This document shows, in pieces, positions 47,268 through 57,237 of a stretch of DNA of 64,000 bases. The DNA is from Planctomycetota bacterium. GTDB taxonomy: Bacteria; Planctomycetota; UBA8108; UBA1146; JAJFFE01. Location of the stretch: positions 617-64,616 of the forward strand of contig JAJFFE010000316.1 in NCBI GenBank assembly GCA_021776775.1, written 5' to 3'. The notes below the pieces were generated by a model. It was not told the origin of the DNA and searched no databases. It saw only the letters and a program-made list of their open reading frames with translations. The position numbers and the translations under genes are program-made. The first letter of the stretch is position 1. Every line of letters starts with the position of its first letter.

Positions 47268-48590
47268 TTAGACGAGTGGCGTTTGGCCGGGGATCGCTAC
47301 CGGATCCGTCTGCAGCGCGCCGAACTCCCACGTACTCGGAACAATGTTGAGCTCCGAACTCATGGCGAAGTCCCAAGTCACAACCTTGCCCGTGTAGGCG
47401 CTCATTCGGCCCATGATCGCGGTCAAGGTGGACTCGGCGATTCGCTGGCCTTCGTTCAACGGTTCGCCGGATCGGATGCTCGCGATCAGATCGGTGTGCT
47501 CTTGAACGTATGGGTTTCGATCTTGGCGGCCGTTGTGGCGATAGGGCGTGGCGCCTTCGAGGCGTCCACCGGGGTTGGACCACCCCTTGGTCCCGACGAT
47601 CTTCTCCGCCACTCGGCTATCGGAGCCCGGAGCTTGTCGGCACATGCTTTGAAAGCGAACGCCGTTGGCGAACTCGTACTCGATCGCGAAGTGATCGAAG
47701 ATGTTGCCGTACTCTTCGGCCGTTCGCGATTGTCGGCCACCCATTCCGTACGCTTTGACCGGCGGTCCACCCATCGACCAGTTCATCACGTCGAGGTTGT
47801 GTACGTGTTGCTCGACGATGTGATCTCCTGAAGCCCACGCGAAGTAGAGCCAGTTGCGCAGCTGGTACTCCATGTCCGTGTAGTCGGGCTTTCGCTTGTG
47901 AACCCAGAGTCCGCCTTGGTTCCAGTAGACCTGTCCGCCGACGACGTCGCCGATGTCTCCGTTTTGGATTCGCTTCATGCACTCGAGGTACGAAGTCTGA
48001 TGTCGACGTTGAGTTCCCGCGACGATCGCCAGCTTCTTCTCTTTGGCGAGCTTCGAGGACTCGATCACCGATCGGATGCCCGCCGGATCGGTCGCGACTG
48101 GTTTCTCCATGAAGACGTTGACGCCACCCTTGATCGCCGCGTCGAGGTGTATGGGGCGAAACGCCGGCGGGGTCGCGAGGATGACAAGGTCGACTCCGGA
48201 ATCGATCACTTGTTGGTAGGCGTCGAAGCCGGTGAAGCACCGCTCGTCGGTAACCGCGTAACCGTCCCCGAGGTTCTTTAGGTTGTTGCGCGATCCCTGC
48301 AGGCGGTCGCCGAACAGATCACCCATGGCCCAAATTTGAATCCCGTCGGACGATTCGACGCAGTTGGAGGCAGCGCCTGTCCCGCGCCCGCCGCAACCGA
48401 TCAATCCGACCTTCAACGTGTCTTGCCCAGCGGCGAAGAGTTGCACGGGAGAAACCGCCACGGCAGCGGCCGCCGCGCCGAGCGCCGACACTTTGATGAA
48501 CTCACGTCGGCTCGTTTCGCCGGTTGGCCGCGGTGTGTGGCCATCCTTCTCGGTGCTCATGGTCGGACCCTTTCTGTAGGTGATCATCAT
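47268..48590 (-). CDS. Gfo/Idh/MocA-family NAD-binding oxidoreductase with Tat signal
   Basis: Twin-arginine motif SRREFIKVSALGAAAAAVAV. Rossmann VGLIGCGGRGTGAASN. GFO_IDH_MocA C-terminal domain. Confidence 0.85.
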   Translation of the reverse strand: MMITYRKGPTMSTEKDGHTPRPTGETSRREFIKVSALGAAAAAVAVSPVQLFAAGQDTLKVGLIGCGGRGTGAASNCVESSDGIQIWAMGDLFGDRLQGSRNNLKNLGDGYAVTDERCFTGFDAYQQVIDSGVDLVILATPPAFRPIHLDAAIKGGVNVFMEKPVATDPAGIRSVIESSKLAKEKKLAIVAGTQRRHQTSYLECMKRIQNGDIGDVVGGQVYWNQGGLWVHKRKPDYTDMEYQLRNWLYFAWASGDHIVEQHVHNLDVMNWSMGGPPVKAYGMGGRQSRTAEEYGNIFDHFAIEYEFANGVRFQSMCRQAPGSDSRVAEKIVGTKGWSNPGGRLEGATPYRHNGRQDRNPYVQEHTDLIASIRSGEPLNEGQRIAESTLTAIMGRMSAYTGKVVTWDFAMSSELNIVPSTWEFGALQTDPVAIPGQTPLV

Positions 48591-48733
48591 GGGGTTGGGA
48601 ATCGGCCTGTCAGAAGTAGCCTACGAGTGTTGCAAACCGGCGCGGCCGTGTCGAGGCAAGCGGCCGACTCTACCGAGAGAGAGCGAAAATCGGTAGGCTG
48701 ACACCCTTCGACGACAGCGATGAAAGAGACCGT

Positions 48734-49129
48734 TTGAACGACCGAAGGCCAGCCGAACCCAAGCTCTACGAGTACGAACTGCCCGGGGGGTGGCGCGTGC
48801 TCGCCGGACGCACCGAGTCGGACAACGACCGCCTGTCGACCCGGCTCGCGAACGCGAACGACTTCTGGTTCCACGTGCGAGGGATGCCGGGAAGTCACGT
48901 CGTCCTCCGCGTCGACGACGTCGAACCGGACCGCGAGGTGGTGCGCGGTGCAGCGGCGATCGCGGCGTACCACTCCAAGGCTCGCGGGGGCGGCAAGGTG
49001 CCGGTCTCGTGCACGCGGGCTAAGTACGTTACGAAGCCCAAGGGGGCGAAGCCCGGCACCGTGCAGATTCGTCGCGAGAAGGTGCTGACCGTAGCGCCGG
49101 CGCTGCCTAAGGACGCCGATAGTTCGTAG
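48734..49129 (+). CDS. NFACT-R_1 (DUF814) domain protein
   Basis: Characteristic WFHVRGMPGSHVVLR motif. Confidence 0.7.
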   Translation: MNDRRPAEPKLYEYELPGGWRVLAGRTESDNDRLSTRLANANDFWFHVRGMPGSHVVLRVDDVEPDREVVRGAAAIAAYHSKARGGGKVPVSCTRAKYVTKPKGAKPGTVQIRREKVLTVAPALPKDADSS

Positions 49130-49199
49130 GTGATCGTCTGAGGCCTGTCGCGCCAGCGCGAAACAAAATGACTCGAAGAAAATCCCGCTAAGGAGTGAC

Positions 49200-50711
49200 G
49201 TGAGCGATCTGTTTGTCGGACTCGATATCAGCACTACCGCTAGCACGGCGATCGTGATCAACGCCGAAGGTGAGGTTATCGCCCGCGCCTCGGGAGAGCA
49301 CACGTTGTCGACGCCGCGCCCGCTTTGGTCCGAGCAAGATCCTCGAGAGTGGTGGACGGCATCGTGCCTCGCCTTGCGAGAGGTGCTCGACCATGCAGAC
49401 GTGGATGCGGACGCGGTGCGGGCGGTCGGGCTGACGGGGCAGATGCATGGCTCTGTGTTTCTCGATCACGCCGGTGACGTGCTGCGACCGTGCATCCTCT
49501 GGAACGATCAGCGCACCGCCGCCGAGTGTCGCGAGATCACCGATCGCGTCGGTGCGTCTCGCGTCATCGAGACGACCGGCAATCCGGTTCTCACCGGGTT
49601 CACGGCCGGAAAGATCCTGTGGGTCGAACGCAACGAGCCGGATGTCTACCAGCGCATCGCATCGGTGCTCTTGCCGAAAGACTACGTGCGCTATCGACTG
49701 AGCGGCGTTCGCGCCGGCGATGTCTCCGACTGTTCCGGGACCTCACTGTTCGACGTGGCGCGTCGACGCTGGTCCGATGTCATGATCGAGGCGGTTGGCG
49801 TCAAACGGTCCTGGCTACCGGAGGTTTTCGAATCGAGTGAAGTGTGCGCGGAAGTCTCGCAAGAGGCGTCGGGGGTGACGGGGCTTCGACCGGGAACTCC
49901 GATCGTCGCCGGCGCGGGCGATCAAGCAGCGCAAGCGGTCGGCACCGGAATCATCGACGAAGGAGTCGTTTCGTGCACGCTCGGAACTTCTGGTGTGGTG
50001 TTCGCCGCTTCCGATGAGTACCGGGTCGAGCCCGAAGGTCGCTTGCACGCGTTCTGTCACGCCGTTCCTGGCAAGTGGCACCTCATGGGAGTGATGTTGT
50101 CCGCCGGGGGCAGTCTTCGCTGGTATCGCGATGTCGTTGCCGATTCCGAGGTCGCCGCGGCGACCCGACAGCAGGTCGATCCGTACGACGCGCTGATGGA
50201 GCAAGCGGCTCTTGCTCCCGCCGGCTGCGAAGGGCTGCTCTTCCTCCCGTATCTCACCGGCGAGCGAACTCCGCACGCCGACCCCGACGCCCGCGGCGCC
50301 TTTGTCGGATTAACCGTACGGCATCAGCGCGCGCACTTGGTGCGTTCGGTCGTCGAGGGTATTAGCTGCGGTCTGCGGGACTCGCTCGAACTCATGCGAG
50401 GGTTGGGAATCGCGACGCGAGTCGTCCGGGCATCCGGCGGCGGTGCGGAGAGCTCGTTCTGGAGGCAGATGCTTGCCAACGTGTTCGGCACCGAGATCGC
50501 CACGGTCAGCAGTGCCGATGGCGCTGCCTTCGGCGCCGCGCTTCTCGCCACGGTGGGGGCGGGGGCGCACGATAGCGTCGAGGCGGCCGCTTCGAGCTGC
50601 GTGCGAGTCGTCGACTCCATCGCACCGCAGTCGGATCGCGCTGTTTACGATGCCGTGTATCAGCGATATTGCGAACTCTACCCGGCGCTTCGCGGGACCT
50701 GGGAGAAGTAG
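49200..50711 (+). CDS. xylB: Xylulokinase (FGGY carbohydrate kinase)
   Basis: N-terminal LFVGLDISTTASTAIV, FGGY N- and C-domains, 503 aa. Confidence 0.8.
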   Translation: MSDLFVGLDISTTASTAIVINAEGEVIARASGEHTLSTPRPLWSEQDPREWWTASCLALREVLDHADVDADAVRAVGLTGQMHGSVFLDHAGDVLRPCILWNDQRTAAECREITDRVGASRVIETTGNPVLTGFTAGKILWVERNEPDVYQRIASVLLPKDYVRYRLSGVRAGDVSDCSGTSLFDVARRRWSDVMIEAVGVKRSWLPEVFESSEVCAEVSQEASGVTGLRPGTPIVAGAGDQAAQAVGTGIIDEGVVSCTLGTSGVVFAASDEYRVEPEGRLHAFCHAVPGKWHLMGVMLSAGGSLRWYRDVVADSEVAAATRQQVDPYDALMEQAALAPAGCEGLLFLPYLTGERTPHADPDARGAFVGLTVRHQRAHLVRSVVEGISCGLRDSLELMRGLGIATRVVRASGGGAESSFWRQMLANVFGTEIATVSSADGAAFGAALLATVGAGAHDSVEAAASSCVRVVDSIAPQSDRAVYDAVYQRYCELYPALRGTWEK

Positions 50712-50720
50712 GCACCTGTC

Positions 50721-51167
50721 ATGGCACTACTCGACGTGGTTCGCCCGAGCCTTCGGCGGTCGATCGATCTCTACGCTGAGCTTGTCGCACTAGTCCCGGA
50801 GTCGGCACTCGAAGATTCGATCCCCGGAGTCCGTTGCAATACGATCGGTCAGCAGCTGTGGTGCGTGGTCGGTGCGCGAGAGAGCTACGCGGCGGCGATC
50901 GAGTCGGGGCAGTGGTCTGGGTTCACCTGTTCATTGGAGTGGGGCGACTGCGGTTCTCAGTCCGCGGTGAAGAGCCGACTCGAGAGTTCGGGGAACCGCC
51001 TTCTCCAAGCCGTCGCCGGCGACGAATTCTCAGACGCGCAGTATCAGCTCATCGTGGATGAGGTCGAGCACGAAGCGGCGCACCACGGTCAGCTCATTCG
51101 ATACTTGTACGCGCTGGATCTGCCCATCCCGCCTGGGTGGAAAGCTCGGTACTCATTGGATGGATGA
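50721..51167 (+). CDS. DinB-superfamily protein
   Basis: HEAAHHGQLIRYL C-terminal motif. Confidence 0.65.
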   Translation: MALLDVVRPSLRRSIDLYAELVALVPESALEDSIPGVRCNTIGQQLWCVVGARESYAAAIESGQWSGFTCSLEWGDCGSQSAVKSRLESSGNRLLQAVAGDEFSDAQYQLIVDEVEHEAAHHGQLIRYLYALDLPIPPGWKARYSLDG

Positions 51168-51198
51168 GCCGGGTCGAGCGTCTGCTCGGATTAGCCGT

Positions 51199-52347
51199 TC
51201 AGATGAGCCGTTCGTCTCGAAGTACGCCTTCGATGTTGCGCCGGAAGTTGGCGACGTCGAACTCCCACGCGCGCTCGCGCAGTACCTTGGGGTCGTAGCT
51301 GTTGTGGTCGCGTTCCATACGCAGCACGGCGTCGGCGAGAGAGTCGACTGTGGGCTCCCCGAAGAAGCTCCCGGTTCGACCCGCCACCACCGTCTCGCAT
51401 GCGCCACCGAGGCCGAGCGCGATGACCGGTCGGCCGCTCGCCATACTCTCGAGCGGAGTGATTCCAAAGTCTTCTTCGCAAGGGAGCAGGAAGGCGCGGG
51501 CGGTCGAGTAGGCGCGCGCCACCGCGTCGTCGGACTCCCAACCTCGAAACTCGATCGTGGGACCGGCGAGCGCTTTCAGCCGACGTTCGTGCTGCCCACG
51601 GCCGATGATCACGAGCGGTTTGCCGAGACGGTTGAAGGTCTCGATAGCGAGGTCGACGCCCTTGTACGGGGCGAGCGCGGTCACCATGAGGTAATGCGAC
51701 CCGACCGCTTCGCCCTTTGCGATAGTGAACCGTTCCGTGTCGACGGGCGGATAGATCACTTCGGAATCGCGGCCGTACAGTCGCCGGATACGCTCTGCGA
51801 CATAGTGCGAGATGGCGATGAATCGATCGACGTGCTTGGCCGCGGCGCGATCCCACGCGCGGAGTTCCGGGAGAAAGCTACGCGCCGCGAGCCGAACCGG
51901 CCACGACGCCCGGGTGGGGTCGAGGTAGGTATCGGCGTGATCCCACAGGTAGCGCGCGGGTGTGAAGCAGTAGCAAATGTGGCGAGCGCCGGGTCGCTTC
52001 TGAACCGCTTTGGCGGCGCAGTGAGAAAGCGACACGAGAGCGGCGTACTCGTCGCCCGGTAGTCCCGCGGTCACGTAGGGGAAGAACGGAAGCAGCTTGC
52101 GGTAGTGCCGACGCAACCAAGGCAGCCGAGAGAGCGCGCTGGTTCGAACGGAGTGACGTTCGATGCGTTCGGAGACCGACCCGGGTTCGTGAACGAGAGT
52201 CAGAATAGGAGCGTCGGGGAGCAGGTCCGCGAACACTTCGAGGCACCGTTCTCCACCGCGCATCCCCGTCAGCCAGTCGTGCACGAGGGCTACCGGCGGA
52301 GTCGCGGTACTCGCTACGTCGCCGTCCGGTAGCCGGTGCGGGCTCAC
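51199..52347 (-). CDS. Glycosyltransferase family 4
   Basis: EDFGITPLESMASGRPVIALGLGGACETV motif. Confidence 0.85.
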   Translation of the reverse strand: MSPHRLPDGDVASTATPPVALVHDWLTGMRGGERCLEVFADLLPDAPILTLVHEPGSVSERIERHSVRTSALSRLPWLRRHYRKLLPFFPYVTAGLPGDEYAALVSLSHCAAKAVQKRPGARHICYCFTPARYLWDHADTYLDPTRASWPVRLAARSFLPELRAWDRAAAKHVDRFIAISHYVAERIRRLYGRDSEVIYPPVDTERFTIAKGEAVGSHYLMVTALAPYKGVDLAIETFNRLGKPLVIIGRGQHERRLKALAGPTIEFRGWESDDAVARAYSTARAFLLPCEEDFGITPLESMASGRPVIALGLGGACETVVAGRTGSFFGEPTVDSLADAVLRMERDHNSYDPKVLRERAWEFDVANFRRNIEGVLRDERLI

Positions 52348-53456
52348 GCCAAGGTCTCGGCGATCGCGGCGATGACACGGTCCGGATCTTCATCCTTCAA
52401 GCGGTGGTGGATCGGCAGGCCGAGTACGTCTCGGCACCCGGCTTCGGCGACCGGGAAGTCACCGTCGCGGTGGCCGAGGTTTGCGAAGACCGGTTGGCTC
52501 GGCAGGGTCGAGGGGTAGTACACGGCGCAGCCAATTCCCTGATCGCGCAGCGACTGCATGACGTGGTCGCGATTCGGCACTCGCACAATGTACTGGTGCC
52601 AGACGTGGTCCGACCCGTCCGTGAGTCCGAGCGGACGTACGATGTCCGAAAGCCCACGCGCTTCGATCGCGGCGTGGTATCGCCCGGCGTTCTTCGCCCG
52701 CGCGGCGTGCACGGCGCGAAGCCGTTCGAGGCGAATCGACAGGATGGCTCCTTGGAATCCGTCCATACGCGCGTTCCAGCCCAAGTGCTCGTGCTGGTAA
52801 CCGCCGGCATCGCCGTGTACTCGCAGTGAACGCATGCGTTCGAACGTCGCTTCGTCGCGCGTCACGATCATTCCGGCGTCGCCAGCCGCGGCGAGGTTCT
52901 TGGTGACGTAGAACGAGAACGTGCCGCAGCGACCGAGACTGCCGAGCGCGCGTCCTTCGTACCGTGCGTCGAAACTCTGCGCGGCGTCTTCGATCACCTC
53001 GATACCGGTCTCTTCGGCGAGCGCCAGCAGCTCCCCCATGGGCGCGGCTTGGCCGTAGAGGTGCACCGGCATCATCGCTTTGGTGCGTTCGGTGATGTGG
53101 CGCTTGGCCTCGGCCGGATCGAGTTGAAGCGTCTCTGGCAGCACGTCTGCGAACACCGGCGTGGCGCCGAGGTGCGCGACCGACGACGCGCTGGCGAAGA
53201 ACGACGTCGCCGGAACGATCACTTCGTCGCCGGGCCCGACACCGAGCGCCTGCAGGCCGATGCGCAACGCGTCGGTACCGTTCGAAACGCCCAGTGCAAA
53301 GGGGACGTCGAGGAACTCACACGCTTGCGCTTCGAAGTTCGTCACTTCGTTGCCGAGGCAGAACGCAGTCGCGTCGACCGTGCGCTCGAGCGCCGTCAGC
53401 CACTCGGCGCGTTCTTCTAAGTCGTCGGGCCCCAAAGCCACCATCGAAATCGACAT
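52344..53456 (-). CDS. DegT/DnrJ/EryC1/StrS-family PLP-dependent sugar aminotransferase
   Basis: Region LGVSNGTDALRIGLQALGVGPGDEVIVPATSFFASASSV. PLP-lysine region FSFYVTKNLAAAGDAG. Confidence 0.9.
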   Translation of the reverse strand: MSISMVALGPDDLEERAEWLTALERTVDATAFCLGNEVTNFEAQACEFLDVPFALGVSNGTDALRIGLQALGVGPGDEVIVPATSFFASASSVAHLGATPVFADVLPETLQLDPAEAKRHITERTKAMMPVHLYGQAAPMGELLALAEETGIEVIEDAAQSFDARYEGRALGSLGRCGTFSFYVTKNLAAAGDAGMIVTRDEATFERMRSLRVHGDAGGYQHEHLGWNARMDGFQGAILSIRLERLRAVHAARAKNAGRYHAAIEARGLSDIVRPLGLTDGSDHVWHQYIVRVPNRDHVMQSLRDQGIGCAVYYPSTLPSQPVFANLGHRDGDFPVAEAGCRDVLGLPIHHRLKDEDPDRVIAAIAETLA

Positions 53457-53608
53457 GCTGTTCTTCCCCTTGAACGTCGTGATGGCGGAGTCCGCCGCGT
53501 TCAGTCTGTGACGTGTTGTGGTGAGGCGTCGGCGGTCGACCCGGTCGACACCGTGTGATCGTGACTCCGTGTGATCGTTATCCGAGCGCCGGGCAGTGCC
53601 GAATGTGA

Positions 53609-55045
53609 CTACGGTCCGGTGATTGCGCCCGACTCACCGTAAGGATTCTCCTTGGGCCGTCGCCACGCTCGAAGCAGCGTCAAGAACAGGATCTTGAGAT
53701 CGAGCCAGACGGACCAGTTGCGCAGGTAGTATAGATCGAACTCGACTCGCTTCGACAGGGAGGTCTTGCCGCGCCAGCCGTTGACTTGCGCCCAGCCGGT
53801 CAGGCCGGCCTTCATGCGGTGACGCAGCATGTATCGAGGGATCGTCTTGCGGAACTCCTCGATGAATACTGGTCGTTCGGGTCGCGGTCCGACCAACGAC
53901 ATTTGGCCTTTGAGAGCGTTCCATAGTTGCGGCAGTTCGTCCATCGACGTGCGTCGGAGGAACGCCCCCAGGGGCGTGCAACGATTGTCACTATCGTCGG
54001 CCCAGACCGGTCCGGTCTTGTTTTCGGCGTCATGCACCATGGTGCGAAACTTGAGCATTGGGAACGTCATGCCGTCGAGGCCGACGCGGTCTTGGACGTA
54101 GATGATCGGACGGCCCGACGTCAGCCAAATCGTCAGCGCGATGCCGAGCAGGACCGGCGATAGCAGCACGAGTAGCGTTGCGCTCAACGTGATATCGAGC
54201 GCCCGCTTGATGACCGCGTTGGCGCCGTCGGCGCGAACCCCGCGCAAGTTGATGACTTGTAGTCCGTCGAAGTCGGCGATCTCGCGCGAGAACGTGTTGA
54301 ACGCTTCGAGGTCGAGAACCGATCGGACCCCGACATTCGTTCGTGACAGCCGCTGATCGATTTCCGGGAGCACACCCAAGTCGCGAAACGGGAGAGCGAC
54401 GATGACTTCTTGAACGCCGTGCTCTTCGAGGACGCGTTCGAGGTCGTCGAGGTCACCGAGCACGTCGTTCTTCTGAGTCACACCGTCGGACTGCTCTCCG
54501 GCGTCCAGAAAGCCGCGAATCTCGAGGCCGGTCCAGGGGTGCTTGCGAATTCGTTTCGCGATGCTGCGGGCCATCGACCCGCGGCCGACGATCAGGCAGC
54601 GTCGGGTCCCGACGCCTTCCATGAACAGTCGGCGCTCACGAGCGAGCCAGATCAGATGGTGAAGAAAGATCACGATCGGGTTGATCACGAAGAAGGTGCT
54701 GATGATCACGCGCGAGTAGCTGTGCTGGCGGAAGTAGAACCCGACGAAGAATGCGATCAACCCCATCTGCACGTGGACCTTGGCCAAGTCGATCAGCAGG
54801 CTGCCGTACGAACCGGCGCGTCGCGGGCGGTACAGGTTGAACGAGTGCGCGGCCCAGACATAGGCGATCCACAAGATGGGCAGCACGTTGATGTAAACGC
54901 TTACTTCCGGCGTGCCTTTGGAGAGGGGACGAGGAAAGTCGAACTCTGCGGCGAGGTAGTACGCCGAGAGGATGGCCGCCGCGATGAGCGCTAGGTCGAG
55001 CGGCAGTTTGATCGAGAGCGCGGCATAGGCACGCAGGCTCTTCAT
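53609..55045 (-). CDS. Polyprenyl-phosphate sugar phosphotransferase (WbaP/EpsL-like priming glycosyltransferase)
   Basis: N-terminal TM helices. C-terminal bacterial sugar transferase domain ...RPIIYVQDRVGLDGMTFPMLKFRTM...DELPQLWNALKGQMSLVGPRPERP. Start taken at MKSLRAYAAL. The ORF track extends to 55177. Confidence 0.85.
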   Translation of the reverse strand: MKSLRAYAALSIKLPLDLALIAAAILSAYYLAAEFDFPRPLSKGTPEVSVYINVLPILWIAYVWAAHSFNLYRPRRAGSYGSLLIDLAKVHVQMGLIAFFVGFYFRQHSYSRVIISTFFVINPIVIFLHHLIWLARERRLFMEGVGTRRCLIVGRGSMARSIAKRIRKHPWTGLEIRGFLDAGEQSDGVTQKNDVLGDLDDLERVLEEHGVQEVIVALPFRDLGVLPEIDQRLSRTNVGVRSVLDLEAFNTFSREIADFDGLQVINLRGVRADGANAVIKRALDITLSATLLVLLSPVLLGIALTIWLTSGRPIIYVQDRVGLDGMTFPMLKFRTMVHDAENKTGPVWADDSDNRCTPLGAFLRRTSMDELPQLWNALKGQMSLVGPRPERPVFIEEFRKTIPRYMLRHRMKAGLTGWAQVNGWRGKTSLSKRVEFDLYYLRNWSVWLDLKILFLTLLRAWRRPKENPYGESGAITGP

Positions 55046-55278
55046 TACTCGGTTCACCCTACGAGTCTGGCTTACCAGAACCGACCCGCCAGACATGGAG
55101 AGCACGTCTGGCGAACACTTCTGGCAAGAAACGACAACGTGCGATACGTCGTCGCGGGCAGCCGACGATCGTCCCAACGATGGGTCCCGAGATATGAGTC
55201 GCGACGAGGGTTTGCAGCACCAAGTGGGTTTGCAGGTCGGCGCGGTCGAAGCTCAGGACCGTACGGCGTCGATCGGGA

Positions 55279-56252
55279 TCAAGCGGTGACGACTCCGCGG
55301 CTCGGCTGAATGGCCAGGCTGGCGATGTAGTTCGAGATGCCCGTCTCGATCGAAGTGGCGGGATTATAGCCGAGAGCCTCCCGCGTGTGCTCGATATCTG
55401 CGCAAGTTCTCGACACGTCGCCGGGCTGTTGGGGGAGGTATTCGATTTTGGGTTCGACGCCGAGCTCCGACGCGATGAGTTCCACGAGCTCGTTCAGGGC
55501 CACCATGCGATGGTTTCCCAGGTTGTAGATGTCGTAACCCCGGTTTCGATCGAGGGCGCGGAGCACTCCGTCGACGATGTCACCGACGTACGTGTAGTCG
55601 CGTTGCGACGAGCCGTCGCCGAACACGGGGATCGTCGCGCCCCGCGCGAGAGCGCGTGTGAATTTCGAAATCGCCATCTCGGGACGCTGCCCCGGACCGT
55701 ACACGGTGAAGAAGCGCAGGCAGGCCACATCCATCTCGTAGAGGTGGTGGTACGTGTGCGCGATGAGTTCGCCGGCTCGTTTCGTGGCCGCGTACGGCGA
55801 GACCGGGCGATCGACCGGATCGGTGGTGAGGAACGGTGTTTTGGTTCTCTCGCCGTAGACCGAGGACGACGACGCGAACACGAACGAGTGGATTTCGCGT
55901 TCGCGGGCGAGTTCGAGCACGTTCGACGTTCCACCGATGTTGACTTCCGCGTAGAGCGCCGGGTGAGCGATCGACGGGCGGACTCCCGCCCGAGCGGCGA
56001 GGTGAATGATGCCGTCGAAGGCGTGGCGGCACGCCACTTCGTCGAGTGTTTCGGCGTCGCGAATGTCGCCGCGATAGAACGCGAAGTTCGAGTGTTCGAG
56101 CAATGCCGCGAGGTTTTGCCGCTTGATATCGGGGTCGTAGTAGTCGTCCAAGTTGTCGTACGCGACCACGCGGTCTCCTCGTTCGAGAAGCGCTGCCGCG
56201 ACGTGACTGCCGATGAAGCCGGCTCCACCGGTGACTAGGATCGTCTTACTCA
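55279..56252 (-). CDS. NAD-dependent epimerase/dehydratase (UDP-sugar 4-epimerase-like SDR)
   Basis: MSKTILVTGGAGFIGSH start behind GGAGGGCGCAAGAC. YAATK catalytic motif. The ORF track N-terminal extension to 56514 is Arg-rich junk. Confidence 0.85.
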
Positions 56253-56399
56253 TGTCTTGCGCCCTCCTGCCGAGCGGTCGACGGGATTGGGTTGCTCGTA
56301 GGCCCCGTCCCCTCTTTCTTCGGCTGGAACGTTCCTGTCGTTCACCCGGTATTCCAGGGGTTTTACGCAGATCGACGTCGTGTTGGCGATGGCGGCGGG

Positions 56400-57104
56400 T
56401 CATGCCGAGTAGCGAGTCGGGTCCGGGACCCCTGCTTGTTCGAAACCGCGCCGCCGCAGGCCGCAGGCGTCGCAGCGGCCGCAAGCAAGGCCCGTTGGCG
56501 TTGCCCGATAGCACGAGACGGTCTGCGCGTAGTCGACTCCCAGCTCTGTCCCGCGCTGAATGATCTCCGCTTTCGTCATTTGGATCAGCGGTGCGTGCAG
56601 GCGAAACGCAGCGTCGGCGGTCGTCTCTGTGCCCGTCCGCGTCGCCAGGTGAGCGGTGCGTTCGAACGACTCGATGAACTCCGGACGGCAGTCGGGATAC
56701 CCGGAGTAGTCGAGCGCGTTGACGCCGAGGAAAATGTCACGAATGCCGCGTGCCTCGGCAGTTGCGACTGCCAGTGACAGGAATACCAGGTTTCGCGCGG
56801 GTACGTACGTCGACGGGATTGCCGGGGTGGACCCGGCCCCCGACGGACTCTCATCGGGGATTTCGCCCTCTCCGAGGAGCGACGAACCCCCTATGGCGGA
56901 AAACGGGACTTCGAGCACCAGGGCGTCAGCTGAGAGTCCGAGTTGGTCGACGATATGTTGCGCGTGTCGCACTTCCGCGTCGTGGCGTTGACCGTATCGA
57001 AACGTCAGCGGCACCGGTCGAAAGCCCTGATCGTGAGCGATGGCCAAGACCGTCGTGGAATCGAGCCCACCGCTGGTCAGGACGACAGCACGTGTTGTGT
57101 TCAC
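56400..57104 (-). CDS. queC: 7-cyano-7-deazaguanine synthase
   Basis: PP-loop VVLTSGGLDSTT. C-terminal Zn cluster CGRCDACGLRRRG. 234 aa. Confidence 0.8.
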   Translation of the reverse strand: MNTTRAVVLTSGGLDSTTVLAIAHDQGFRPVPLTFRYGQRHDAEVRHAQHIVDQLGLSADALVLEVPFSAIGGSSLLGEGEIPDESPSGAGSTPAIPSTYVPARNLVFLSLAVATAEARGIRDIFLGVNALDYSGYPDCRPEFIESFERTAHLATRTGTETTADAAFRLHAPLIQMTKAEIIQRGTELGVDYAQTVSCYRATPTGLACGRCDACGLRRRGFEQAGVPDPTRYSA

Positions 57105-57237
57105 CGTCTGCCTCCTCTCCGAGTCGTAGGAGGGTATCGCGAGTTAGGCACGATCGGTACCCAGCGCTTGACGGATCGTCGGTTCCCAGTGGAGGTTCTG
57201 GCTCGGTCCGCGTTAGTATGGCGGTCGAGGTGGACGC

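Noticed and set aside
55279-56514. N-terminal 87-aa extension of the epimerase ORF
   Set aside because: The extension is Arg/Pro-rich and would overlap queC. A canonical MSKTILVTGGAGFIGSH start with an SD exists at ~56252.
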